Shown: positions 26,085 to 35,236 of the stretch, in pieces
Numbering within the stretch: position 1 is the stretch's first letter
How the letters are laid out: every line of letters begins with the position of its first letter
DNA from: a virus
Taxonomy: Duplodnaviria > Caudoviricetes
IMG/VR virus record: IMGVR_UViG_3300049167_000074
Coordinates: 1 to 40,724 of that record
Length of the DNA: 40,724 nt
Direction: 5' to 3' (one strand)
Program-made: the position numbers and the translations under genes
The notes under the pieces: model-generated
Database searches by the model: none
Told to the model about the DNA's origin: nothing
The model's input: the letters and a program-made list of their open reading frames with translations, nothing else

Positions 26085-27032
26085 TCAGGACGCGGCGGTC
26101 GTTGACTGAACGACGGCGAACGGCGAGCGGGTCGCCGAGTTCGTGTTCAGGCGGGTCGCCGGGTTGGCTGTGGCGAATGCGACGCGCATGACGACGCGCA
26201 TGGCGACGGAGTCCTGCTGCATCAGGTTGAGGATGACCTTGCCGTCGTCGTCGGAGATGACGCCCTCGGTGAACAGCTTGAAGCTGATGTCCTGACGGAC
26301 GCCCACGATGGCCTTCGACCAGTCGCCCATGAGGAGTTCGGCCTCGGACATGTCCCAGGCGCCGTTGGTGAGCTCCGACATGGGGTAGCCGTACAGGGTT
26401 CCGCCGAGGCCGCCCTGGAGGTTCGGCTGGTAGATCGGCACGCCCTGCTCGGAGCGCATCGTGTTCAGCTTCCAGGTCAGGCCGGGCCGGCTGATGAAGC
26501 CGTTGACCGCGAACCCGTCCTCGGCGACCTTTCCGGCGGCCGTGGCGACGTCGACGGCGAAGTCGACACCGGCACCGGAGATGACGGCGTTGCCTGCGGC
26601 CACAGCGGACTGGTACACCGCGGCGGGCCAGGTGGACGGCTTGTCCATGCCGAACAGGCCGGCCGCATCGAGCTTGGCGCCGATCGCTTCCACCAGGCGG
26701 GGGCGAACCTGCTCCCAGATCGGCATCTGGGCGTCGTCGAGGTACGCCTCGGGGATCGGCACGATCGCCGCGATCTCCTCGGCGACGAGGTCGACGTTCT
26801 TCCAGTCCTGGGCCGTGGTCTGCTTCAGGCCGGTGTCGCCGCCGACGAAGTAGGCCAGCGGCAGGACATCGAGGACGGGCTGTCGCTGCGTCTTGCTCGA
26901 CATCGGAACACGGCGGGCCCGCTGCAGCAGGGAAGAAGCGGCCGGGAGTTCCTGGATGATGTCCGCGGACACCGGCTCCGGAACGAGCGGGTCGTTGCTG
27001 GCGTCCCGGCTGATGAGCGAGTTGTAAGGCAC
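26085..27032 (-). CDS. major capsid protein (HK97 fold)
   Basis: LVPEPVSADII, AYFVG, EIAAIVPI, GDWSKAIVGVRQDI, NLMQQDSVAMRVVMR. Confidence 0.93.
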   Translation of the reverse strand: MPYNSLISRDASNDPLVPEPVSADIIQELPAASSLLQRARRVPMSSKTQRQPVLDVLPLAYFVGGDTGLKQTTAQDWKNVDLVAEEIAAIVPIPEAYLDDAQMPIWEQVRPRLVEAIGAKLDAAGLFGMDKPSTWPAAVYQSAVAAGNAVISGAGVDFAVDVATAAGKVAEDGFAVNGFISRPGLTWKLNTMRSEQGVPIYQPNLQGGLGGTLYGYPMSELTNGAWDMSEAELLMGDWSKAIVGVRQDISFKLFTEGVISDDDGKVILNLMQQDSVAMRVVMRVAFATANPATRLNTNSATRSPFAVVQSTTAAS

Positions 27033-27101
27033 GGGGTCTCCTCTCGGAAGTGCAGCGACCCCGGCCCCGTGCGGGTGATTCCGGTGCTGCGGTGACTGTG
27101 G

Positions 27102-27689
27102 CTAGCGGCCCGCCATGCGCCGGATCCACTCGTCCGGGCTTGTGGTGGCCGCCCCGGATGCCGTGGCGGCTCCGGGCGTGAGTGCCTCGACGGGCCGCTG
27201 AGATGTCGGCGACGGGGTCGGCGCAGACGCCTTGAGGCGCTCGGCGAGCATCTCGGCGCGGGCGTTGATCTCGTCGTCGCTACCGGAGCCGAGCAGATCG
27301 ATCAGCTCCGGCGGGATGTTGTGCGTGGCCGCCGCCATCAGGCGGGTGTTCGTGGCGCGCAGATCGCCTAGCTCGCGCTCCGCCGCCTCCTTGGCGTCGA
27401 GGAGCTTCTGCTGCTCGGTCTTCTGCGACTCCTGCCACTGCTGGTACTCGGTCAGCTGCGGCTCGGCCTCGCGGTACTTCGTGCGCCAGCTCGCCGACTC
27501 CCTGCGGAGCTTCTCGATCTCCTTGCGGGCGGCATCCGGGTCTGCCCACGGATCTGTCCCTTGCGGCTGCTGACCTGCCGGGGTGTCCTGCGTTCCGCTT
27601 CCGGGCTGCGTGTCCGGCCGCTGGGCGGCGTCGGTGGTGCTGGCATCAGGCTGTCCCGCAGCATGCGTGGTGTCGGCCGTGTCCTGCAC
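27102..27689 (-). CDS. capsid scaffolding protein
   Basis: Coiled coil KEIEKLRRESASWR, SQKTEQQK; directly upstream of the capsid gene. Confidence 0.85.
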   Translation of the reverse strand: MQDTADTTHAAGQPDASTTDAAQRPDTQPGSGTQDTPAGQQPQGTDPWADPDAARKEIEKLRRESASWRTKYREAEPQLTEYQQWQESQKTEQQKLLDAKEAAERELGDLRATNTRLMAAATHNIPPELIDLLGSGSDDEINARAEMLAERLKASAPTPSPTSQRPVEALTPGAATASGAATTSPDEWIRRMAGR

Positions 27690-27801
27690 GGTCCCTCCTC
27701 GTTCTGAGCATGAGAAAGGGCCGCGTCCAGCACGGCCCTCGGATCCCGCGAAGCGGGCGATATTCAGTTAGCTGACGCCACCAGGACGCCAGAGCTTGAG
27801 G

Positions 27802-28578
27802 TCAGGGGTGTTCAGGTGCCGTGTATCCGGCCCGCCCCTCGGATTCCCACCAGCGGCGGAACGCGTTTACGGCGTGCTTGCCGCCGCGACCGCGCGTCTC
27901 CCGCAGCCAGTCGTCGTAGAGCTGCTCGGCGATGCCTATGAAGGGCTCGTCGTTTGTGAAAGCGGGCCACGCCTGGCATCCGCAGTGGTCGTGGTAGCGG
28001 TTGCCGCCCTGCCGCGGATCGCCCGCCGTCTTCGCCGACTTGTAGACGGGTCCTCGCGAGGCGAGCATGGCGCACCATGCGCACGGGTCTGAGTCCGTTA
28101 CACGTGACCAGCCTGTGGCCTGCTCATCGGCCGCGATCGAGCGCTGCATCACCTGCCGGCCGCCCTCAAGCGCTACGTACTGGGTGCTGCCCACCATTCG
28201 GACCGCTGCCGCGTCCATCGCCTCCTGAGGCGTTTTCCCCGCCGCAATCGCCCTCTTGAACTCGACAGGCCCTGTTACGTCGAGAGTGCGCTCCAGTCGC
28301 TGCACCAGAAGTGGCAGCGGCCCCTCTGGAGTGAAGTTGGAGTCGTCGACACCTGCCTCGCGCCTGGCATCCATGTATGCAGCCTGTGCGAAGAATGCGG
28401 ACTGTTCACGGGCCTGCCGGACGATCGGCGCAAGAGCAGCACGAACCGCCGGCCAGGAGGCGTCGATCTTCGCCGGGTTGGCGAGCTCCCGCCATACTCG
28501 CAGTACCTGCTGGGCAAGTCGTGCTGCAGCCAGCGCCTGGATGCGCCGATATCTCTGAGGGGCCCCAGAGTCGGCCAT
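27802..28578 (-). CDS. MuF-like minor head / head maturation protein
   Basis: WSRVTDSDPCAWCAMLASRG...YHDHCGC; follows the portal gene. Confidence 0.75.
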   Translation of the reverse strand: MADSGAPQRYRRIQALAAARLAQQVLRVWRELANPAKIDASWPAVRAALAPIVRQAREQSAFFAQAAYMDARREAGVDDSNFTPEGPLPLLVQRLERTLDVTGPVEFKRAIAAGKTPQEAMDAAAVRMVGSTQYVALEGGRQVMQRSIAADEQATGWSRVTDSDPCAWCAMLASRGPVYKSAKTAGDPRQGGNRYHDHCGCQAWPAFTNDEPFIGIAEQLYDDWLRETRGRGGKHAVNAFRRWWESEGRAGYTAPEHP

Positions 28579-29972
28579 CAGAGCACCAGGTCCGGCAGCG
28601 GACCAGGATCGGCAGCAGGCTCAAGCTGCCCCATCTGTTTCTCGATGATGCCGTTCAGCCGCCCGAGCGAGTCCCCCTGCTCCGCTGTGGTCTTCCAACG
28701 CTCCACGTCAGTCTGAGTGACCCCCGGGATCTTCTCCCACAGCTCCTGTGGCGGCACCCCCAACATCGTCACGAGCTTGCCCAGCGCGTCCACAGTCTGC
28801 GCGAGGGAGCGGGCCGACGTGTCCCGCCATACGACCTGCGCGGCGGTGTCCTCCCACGCACTCTGGTCACCCGCCGCGAGGCCGGCGAGGCGCAGTGTCT
28901 GCTCCCAGCCCTCCCCAAACAGAGACTCTCGTTCGTCGATCTTCCGGTCGAGGCCGTCGCGAGCTGCGGCGAGCGCCTCAGCCGACAGGTTCACCATCTG
29001 CCCCAGCAAGTGGTAGGGCGGGACCTGCGACAGCGTCGACATGTGGCGGATCGTGGCCTCGCGGCTGTCCAGGTATCCCTTGAGGTCGGTCTGCCCGAAC
29101 TCTCCGAACTTGGTGTCCGCGTCCTCTGCGACGAACAGGCCGTCCACGCGGGACCGGAACGGTTCGATGGGGTTGCCGTCGGCGTCCTGCGGCGGCGCCA
29201 TGCCCGTCACCCAGCGCTGGCGGAACGCCGCGTACTGCTGCGCCATCAGTAGGTTGAATGTGGTCATGTTCAACTGGTCCTGGGCGTCGATTAGCGGCTC
29301 CACCTCGCCGATCACACCGTCACCGTCGAGATCATCGGTGTTCACGAAGCGCACGACCGGGCAGACACCCAACCCGTGCCTCTCGACACCGTTCTCGTCC
29401 AGCTCCAGCCCAGACCCATCCACCTTCCCAGCGAGGGTGTACCGGGCCTGATCGTCATAGACGCGCACCACGCGGCGCTTGCCCTTCCCCGTGTTCTCGA
29501 TCCGGTCCTCGATTGCAAAGATCGGCCACTCGTCGTTCACCGGGTCCGCATACAGGGCAGTGAGGCGCCGCGGCGAAAACGGGGTGATCACCGGCACAGG
29601 CTTGCCGGGCATCACCACCACATACGAGGCACCGTAGGTGAGCGCAGCCCGGTGCACGCCATGCTGGCGGGCGTCCAGACGGTTCGCCTGCCACACCTCC
29701 CACGGCGCCGCATTACTGTCCGCCCCCTTGGCGCGGTAGCCGTCGACATACATGTTCTGCGAAACGACCGTGACAACCAGCGGCAGGATCTTCACCTTGG
29801 CCCGCTCGATCAGCCACCGATATTCGGCCCGTGCCCCCGCCGGCACGTACACGCTCGAGTGGTTTCCGCGCATGTAGTCCGCAATGCGCTGCAGCCGCGG
29901 CTGCTCGACCTCCCGTAGCTTCAGCAGACGCCGTGCCGTCGATACCGCCTCGTCCCCGCCCATCAGTGCCAC
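28578..29972 (-). CDS. portal protein (SPP1 gp6-like)
   Basis: WEVWQANRLD, ALTYG, HGLGVCPVVRF, AFRQRWVTG, NLSAEAL. Confidence 0.92.
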   Translation of the reverse strand: MALMGGDEAVSTARRLLKLREVEQPRLQRIADYMRGNHSSVYVPAGARAEYRWLIERAKVKILPLVVTVVSQNMYVDGYRAKGADSNAAPWEVWQANRLDARQHGVHRAALTYGASYVVVMPGKPVPVITPFSPRRLTALYADPVNDEWPIFAIEDRIENTGKGKRRVVRVYDDQARYTLAGKVDGSGLELDENGVERHGLGVCPVVRFVNTDDLDGDGVIGEVEPLIDAQDQLNMTTFNLLMAQQYAAFRQRWVTGMAPPQDADGNPIEPFRSRVDGLFVAEDADTKFGEFGQTDLKGYLDSREATIRHMSTLSQVPPYHLLGQMVNLSAEALAAARDGLDRKIDERESLFGEGWEQTLRLAGLAAGDQSAWEDTAAQVVWRDTSARSLAQTVDALGKLVTMLGVPPQELWEKIPGVTQTDVERWKTTAEQGDSLGRLNGIIEKQMGQLEPAADPGPLPDLVL

Positions 29973-29993
29973 GCGCCGCCCACCTCCCTGCCG

Positions 29994-31643
29994 TCACGCG
30001 AATCCATGCACACGTCCCGTGCGCTGCCGCTTCTTCTGCCGCTTCGCCCAGTCCGGTGAGGCAAGCAACGCGCGGCGGGCCATGTCCGCCAGCTGCATGC
30101 CAGCGAACCCGTCGACCTTCTTCGGTGACTCCCGGGACTCCTTGCCGAAAGAGACACCCCACTTGTTCGGCCGGCGACGGCAGTTGGCCACATGCCGGTT
30201 CAGGATCGGATGGTTCGTGTGCGGGAGCTTTCCGTCCACGATTGCCTGCACCAGCGCCTCGGTAGCCAGCGTCAAATCCTGCTGACGGCCCCGCATGTCC
30301 CAGCCGACTGCGCTCCGCGTCGAAGCCCGCACCACCAACTCGTCGCGGTACGTCTCCGACCAGTCGTCGATGTACGACTCCCACAGCTTGACGTCGGCGA
30401 AGAAGCCGCGGACCTGCCACTGCCCGAAGGCGTGCGCCACCAGATCGCTGACCTGCTTGCGATCGACCTCCCAGCCCTTCGCTTGGGGGCCGTCCGGCCG
30501 CTCCCAGATCCCCAGCGTCTGCACCAGCCGGTCCGAAACCCGCATGGCAATCAGAGCGGTTGCGTCGTCCGTCTTGCCGCCGTCGAAGCCGAGGACAATG
30601 TCGTCGCCCGGCTGCAACGTCAGCTCCGAGGCATTCTTCGACCAGTCCGCCGGATCCAGCAGCGCATCCTCAGCGGCCACCGGCTGGTTCAGCCAGTAGC
30701 GGCGCGAGTCCGAAGGTGAGGACTGCGGATCCCAGATCTCGGCGATGATCCCGTCCAGGTCCATCCACGCCGCGGCCGGACCGTAAGCCTCTTTGAGGCC
30801 GGCCAGCAGCGCATCCCGGTCTGCGAGGTCGGTGCCGTCCTTCGCCTGCCGGTGATCGAAGAGCAGGCCGGCCGCGTCAGCGTCCCGAACCCGCCCCTCC
30901 TTGATCGCCTTGTAGTAGGTGTGCGTCGCCTCCGCCACCGAGTCCTGGCCCGGCTCGTACATAGTCGACGTCTCAAGGCACCACGGTTCGGCTTCCTTAC
31001 GCTTACGCAGGTTCCGCCGCACGGTGCCGTGCATGCGCCGCAGCTCCGGGAGCACGTACAGGTGGGTTTCGTCGAAGACCGCGAAGGTCTCCTTGCCGCC
31101 GTCTTTCGCCGCAGACGACGCCGTCGACGGCGTGATCTCTCCACGCTGGTGGTGCAAGATGATCCGGCTCGACGACTGCGCGGACTTCCCGATGTCGATG
31201 CCCGGGAAGTCGTCGCCGTGGTGCTCGACCAGGTACTCGAGCATCGTGGACACGTTGTCGTAAGTGTTGCCGGACTGCCCCTCCTCGGTGGCCAGGCAGC
31301 GGATGAACGGCGACTTCACTGGTCGGCCAACCGGCTCCCCGTTCGCGTCCCAGCCGTCGAACCGGACCGGGAAAAGGGCTTCCGAACACACGAGCATGCC
31401 GGCGATCTCCGACTTCGCGCGGCCCTTTGCCCTGGAGAGGAACGCCCGCCGGTACATGCGGCGGCCCGTCTCCGGGTCCAGCCGGTATGCCTTGACGATG
31501 AATGCGTAGAACTCATCGTCCAGTTCGATCGGCTCGCCGACAACGTCGCCAGGGCCGTGGCACAGGTACTCCTCGATGTGCTCGACGATCTGGTGTCCGA
31601 GGGAAGGGAATTCGCCGTCGTACTGGGGTCCACGCCACGGCAT
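29994..31643 (-). CDS. terL: terminase large subunit
   Basis: Walker A-like SRAKGRAKS, Walker B FAVFDETH, nuclease LGFDGGKTDDAT and KVDG. Confidence 0.95.
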   Translation of the reverse strand: MPWRGPQYDGEFPSLGHQIVEHIEEYLCHGPGDVVGEPIELDDEFYAFIVKAYRLDPETGRRMYRRAFLSRAKGRAKSEIAGMLVCSEALFPVRFDGWDANGEPVGRPVKSPFIRCLATEEGQSGNTYDNVSTMLEYLVEHHGDDFPGIDIGKSAQSSSRIILHHQRGEITPSTASSAAKDGGKETFAVFDETHLYVLPELRRMHGTVRRNLRKRKEAEPWCLETSTMYEPGQDSVAEATHTYYKAIKEGRVRDADAAGLLFDHRQAKDGTDLADRDALLAGLKEAYGPAAAWMDLDGIIAEIWDPQSSPSDSRRYWLNQPVAAEDALLDPADWSKNASELTLQPGDDIVLGFDGGKTDDATALIAMRVSDRLVQTLGIWERPDGPQAKGWEVDRKQVSDLVAHAFGQWQVRGFFADVKLWESYIDDWSETYRDELVVRASTRSAVGWDMRGRQQDLTLATEALVQAIVDGKLPHTNHPILNRHVANCRRRPNKWGVSFGKESRESPKKVDGFAGMQLADMARRALLASPDWAKRQKKRQRTGRVHGFA

Positions 31644-31651
31644 GGCACCCC

Positions 31652-32110
31652 CTAGCCGGCATCCTCACTGACAATCCGCAGGTTCTTCCGCCGGTCTGAC
31701 GTAGACCGGGGCGTCTCCGCCGGAGCTGGCTTGTCCCCAGGAGTTTCGATCTTCAGCTTCAGTCGCATCCGATCCTCCGGAGTGGCCCCGTACTTCGCCG
31801 CCCGCAGCCTCACTTCCGACGCGAACTCCCATCGCCCCTTCGTCCACATGACGTGGTGAAGGAGAGCCGTGTCGAGGAGGAAGTCCCAGTCGGTCTCGAG
31901 GAACACCTGAGCCTGCGCCGACCGGCGCCATGTCTCCCACCACTTGCGGGTCCGCGGGTGCCAGGCCTCGCCATCCGGCAGAACCCCCTCAGGGAGCAGC
32001 GGACCGCGCAGCTCGCCATCGTCCTCCACCCGGTTCAACTCCGCATCCCGGGCCTTCGAATCCCGGGCTCGCGAGCGTGTCGCCTTCGGAGCCATACCGC
32101 GACCAGCCAT
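31652..32110 (-). CDS. terS: terminase small subunit
   Basis: MAGRG, WHPRTRKWWETWRRS, TDWDFLLDTA, EVRLRAAKYGATPEDRMRL; upstream of terL. Confidence 0.85.
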   Translation of the reverse strand: MAGRGMAPKATRSRARDSKARDAELNRVEDDGELRGPLLPEGVLPDGEAWHPRTRKWWETWRRSAQAQVFLETDWDFLLDTALLHHVMWTKGRWEFASEVRLRAAKYGATPEDRMRLKLKIETPGDKPAPAETPRSTSDRRKNLRIVSEDAG

Positions 32111-32123
32111 GAGGGGCACCCCC

Positions 32124-32756
32124 TCACAGCAAGTCGGCGATCACCCGCGACAGACCAGCAAGTCTCGACGGAGCACCCTGGAACGGTCGCCCAGTGACCG
32201 TGATGTACCGGCCCCGGTCGTACACCTCAACCGCCGCGCTCCCGCGCCGGATCCGACGACCGCGGCCGACACTGCCGTAGCCCCAAATGTGGAGACCGTC
32301 ACCGGACGGCGACACCTCGACGTAGGTATCCGGAAGTCCGTCCACGATGTCGCGCGCCCACGGCGCCAGCACTCCATCCACCAGCGCGTGGTCAAGGTCA
32401 ATGCATACGAGCCGGTCAAAGGGACTTAGCACGAAGCCGATCCCCACCCCAGACGTCGCCCGCCGGGCCCGACTGTATGAGCTCCAGGTCTCTGGATCGG
32501 TCGACGAGGCCGGCGCCCGCTTCGAACCGCGAGCCGACAGCGGCACCTTGCGCTCGCTGTACCGAACCCATTGCTGGCGACGCGCCATCGCGGCCGGTAC
32601 CGGATCGGTCTTCCGCTGGCGAGCGCGATGGGCAGCCATGCGGCAGCGGCCAGAACAGAAGCGCGCGTTGTGTGCATGCCGAGCGCCGAGACGCTCACTG
32701 CACTGCTCGCACCGCTTCGTCGTCATACCCCCAGCATACGGCGTGTGTGACGGCAA
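32124..32756 (-). CDS. AEP-type primase-polymerase domain protein with N-terminal zinc finger
   Basis: CEQC...FCSGRC; ASSTDPETW, GIGFVL, CIDLDH, EVSPSGDGLHIW, EVYDRGRYITVTG. Confidence 0.78.
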   Translation of the reverse strand: MPSHTPYAGGMTTKRCEQCSERLGARHAHNARFCSGRCRMAAHRARQRKTDPVPAAMARRQQWVRYSERKVPLSARGSKRAPASSTDPETWSSYSRARRATSGVGIGFVLSPFDRLVCIDLDHALVDGVLAPWARDIVDGLPDTYVEVSPSGDGLHIWGYGSVGRGRRIRRGSAAVEVYDRGRYITVTGRPFQGAPSRLAGLSRVIADLL

Positions 32757-32958
32757 TCTGCGCCCTGAACTGCACTGATGCAGGTTCGTGACAGAGTCGC
32801 AGCCAGGCCAGCCGCCTTCAGCGCGGGGGAGTTTCAGCAGGTCAGGGCATGATCATCAGATCCCCAGAGTCACGCGCATCCTGGGATGCTAACGTGCCCG
32901 AACCTCAGATCTTGATGATCTTGGAGGGGTCCCCCAGGGTGATCACGCGCGGAGGGTG

Positions 32959-33270
32959 TCAGTCGATCATCCCCGGGTGAGCCTCGGCCGGCCGTGCTCG
33001 CGGCGGCCGGGCATGCGCCACTGCCGACGCCTCCCGCCCGGTCTTCTGATCATGGTGCCACTTGCAGAGGGCCCACAGGTTGGCGTCACTGTGATCGTCC
33101 ACCCCGGACGCGGCGTTGACCTTGTGGTCCACCTGGTTGGCCGGCTCTCCGCAGATCCCACCAGTCACGACAGCCCACTGACAGACGTGCCCGTCGCGCC
33201 TGAGGATGCGCGCCCGGATCCGCGGCCAGCCCTTCGGCAGGGGCGCTGTGCGTCGGCCCTGGCTGGGCAT
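32959..33270 (-). CDS. HNH endonuclease, probably packaging-associated
   Basis: WPRIRARILRRDGHVCQ...VDH...NLWALCKWHHDQKT; ATG 33270; close to the terminase genes. Confidence 0.85.
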   Translation of the reverse strand: MPSQGRRTAPLPKGWPRIRARILRRDGHVCQWAVVTGGICGEPANQVDHKVNAASGVDDHSDANLWALCKWHHDQKTGREASAVAHARPPRARPAEAHPGMID

Positions 33271-33521
33271 CAGTCCTTGTCCTTGCCGCCGTGCGCGTTG
33301 GGCCCCGGTCGTTCGCCCGTCGCTCTCTTGTGCAGGTTGGAGCACAGCCCGTCGAGCATCCTGCCCGGCTTCACGTACTTCCCGAGTTGGACCCGGCACC
33401 GCTCGAAGTCCCCCTCAGAACCCCAGGCGATCTTCGCCGCACCTGGGCCCTCAGCCCAGTAACGCATCAGGCGCTCAGTGGCAGCGGCGTCTCCGGGGGT
33501 TGCTTCACGTCCGGCGACCAT
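33270..33521 (-). CDS. phage hypothetical protein (83 aa)
   Basis: RLMRYWAEGPGAAKIAWG..GDFERC...GLCSNLHKRATG; coupled to the HNH gene. Confidence 0.7.
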   Translation of the reverse strand: MVAGREATPGDAAATERLMRYWAEGPGAAKIAWGSEGDFERCRVQLGKYVKPGRMLDGLCSNLHKRATGERPGPNAHGGKDKD

Positions 33522-34327
33522 AGGGCTTCATCTCGCTTCCATTCAGCGAGGAGCTTGGCTCCCTTGGACAGGTTGCAATGCTGGCAGGCGGGCAGGACGT
33601 TGCCGATGGCGTGCCGTCCGCCGCGGGACAGGGGGATGACGTGGTCCATGTGGATGCCGCCGTCGTTGCCGCCGCAGTATGCGCAGCGATGCCGGTAGTG
33701 GCGGACGAGCTTACGCCAGTCCTTGCCAGCGATGCCGACACTGTCCGGGTTGAGCTGCTCCCATGCTCGGCGGACGGTCTTGTGCTGGGCTGCAATGGCT
33801 GCCCGTAGTTCGGGGTTGGCGCGCGCCCAGGCTGCGGCGGCAGCGATCCGTTGCGGTCGGTATCGGGCATAGGACACGCGTCGACTGCAGAGCCGCGAGC
33901 AGTACACGGAGGTGGACTGCTTGGGCGTGAAGACTGTGCCGCATCGCTGGCAGGGCCGCTCGGAGAGATCGGCGTATTGCCGTCCGCGTCTTGCTCGATG
34001 CCGGTTGCCGCACTCGGGTGTGCAGTACTTCTGATCTGTGCGCCAGGCCTTGAAGGTGGTGTCGCATCCAGGGCAGGTGCGCTCCGGATCTGTTTCCTTC
34101 TGCCGCTTGGCGTAGAGCCGGTTGTAGCGGAGGCCGTTGCAAGCCCTTGAGCAGCAGAGGGAGTCGCGCCGCTTCGGGGTGTACGTCGTGCCGCAGATGT
34201 CGCAGGCCCGCACCGAGATCGGGCCGAGGCGCAGCACCTTGGGGCAGGTCTTGCAGCGGCGCGCATTCCGGTGCAGGTGGGAGATGTCGGCGCCGCATCG
34301 GTCGCAGGCGCGTGTAGCGTGGGTCAT
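33467..34327 (-). CDS. HNH endonuclease with four N-terminal zinc-binding repeats (homing-endonuclease-like)
   Basis: Four CxxC...C-x(2-3)-C modules; CAYC...DHVIPLSRGG...NVLPACQHCNLSKG. Confidence 0.85.
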   Translation of the reverse strand: MTHATRACDRCGADISHLHRNARRCKTCPKVLRLGPISVRACDICGTTYTPKRRDSLCCSRACNGLRYNRLYAKRQKETDPERTCPGCDTTFKAWRTDQKYCTPECGNRHRARRGRQYADLSERPCQRCGTVFTPKQSTSVYCSRLCSRRVSYARYRPQRIAAAAAWARANPELRAAIAAQHKTVRRAWEQLNPDSVGIAGKDWRKLVRHYRHRCAYCGGNDGGIHMDHVIPLSRGGRHAIGNVLPACQHCNLSKGAKLLAEWKRDEALWSPDVKQPPETPLPLSA

Positions 34328-34388
34328 GTCGGTCCTGTCGCTTCAGGTCGGCCATGCCCCGGGAGTGTTGGTAGCACTCGCCGGGGTT

Positions 34389-34604
34389 CTACTTGTTCAA
34401 CGTCGGGGTGGCGTCGGCTGGTTCCGCCTGCTGGTCGATGCGTTCGATGCTGGCGCCTTGCCCGGAGGGGATGGCGAAGCAGACGCCGCGAGTGTCGGTG
34501 AGGACGGCCCAACTGCCTTGGAAGGTGAGGGTGAGGTCGTCGCCGTCGATGCGGACGTCGTCTCTGCGCTGCTCTCGCGGGTGCACGATCAGATAGGAGG
34601 GCAC
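34389..34604 (-). CDS. small hypothetical protein
   Basis: AAGGAG RBS; co-oriented with neighbours; beta-rich composition. Confidence 0.6.
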   Translation of the reverse strand: MPSYLIVHPREQRRDDVRIDGDDLTLTFQGSWAVLTDTRGVCFAIPSGQGASIERIDQQAEPADATPTLNK

Positions 34605-34615
34605 TGCGCTACTCC

Positions 34616-34933
34616 TTAGCCGGCGCCGTGAGGGTTCTTGCGGACAGCCTTTTCGATGAGCGGGCCGATCTCCTGGTCGCCGACGTTGAGCACCAGTTTC
34701 TGCTTGGCGGCGGGCGCGGTGAGGTAGGCGCTGGTGTCGTTGGCGGGGATGTCGATGGTCTCGGTGGTGACGATGACGTGCTGGCAGCCGGTGTCGTTCT
34801 TGAAGCCGGGCCAGATGTCGGGGCCGTCGGCGATGAGGGGGCTGTCCTCGCTGGCCTGGTCGACGACGAGGACGAACGGCGGCCGGTCGTTGCTGCTGCC
34901 TTCGGGGAGTTCGAGGATCTGCAGGCGGGCCAT
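34616..34933 (-). CDS. hypothetical protein
   Basis: MARLQILELP...PPFVLVVDQ; coupled to the upstream gene. Confidence 0.65.
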   Translation of the reverse strand: MARLQILELPEGSSNDRPPFVLVVDQASEDSPLIADGPDIWPGFKNDTGCQHVIVTTETIDIPANDTSAYLTAPAAKQKLVLNVGDQEIGPLIEKAVRKNPHGAG

Positions 34934-35211
34934 CAGCCGGTCACCGCCTCGTAGGTGGCGGCGAAGATGTCGGGCTTGCAGGGGTAGAACTCGCCCTGTA
35001 CGCCTCGGATGATCCAGTCGCCCACGGATGCGGTCATGTCGCCCTCTAGCGTGTGGATGACAATGCCGTCGTGCATGCTGCGGCCGGGGCCGGGGAGCTT
35101 CCGCTCTTCGACCTTGCCGAGGCGTCCCATGAAGGCGGCAACTTCACTGCGGTTCGTTCCGTCGTAACGCACGGCTTCGATCTCGACGGGCTTCTTGCGG
35201 TAGCGGGCCAT
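34933..35211 (-). CDS. conserved phage protein
   Basis: YRKKPVEIEAV...IHTLEGDMTASVGDWIIRGVQGEFYPCKPDIFAATYE, a widespread phage family of unknown function. Confidence 0.85.
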   Translation of the reverse strand: MARYRKKPVEIEAVRYDGTNRSEVAAFMGRLGKVEERKLPGPGRSMHDGIVIHTLEGDMTASVGDWIIRGVQGEFYPCKPDIFAATYEAVTG

Positions 35212-35236
35212 GGCGCGGGCTCCTGTGGGGTGACGG

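Noticed and set aside
25012-27129. 705-aa glycosyltransferase fusion as given in the ORF track
   Set aside because: The N-terminal part is an off-frame read over the capsid gene; the paralog's length and motifs support a start at 26028
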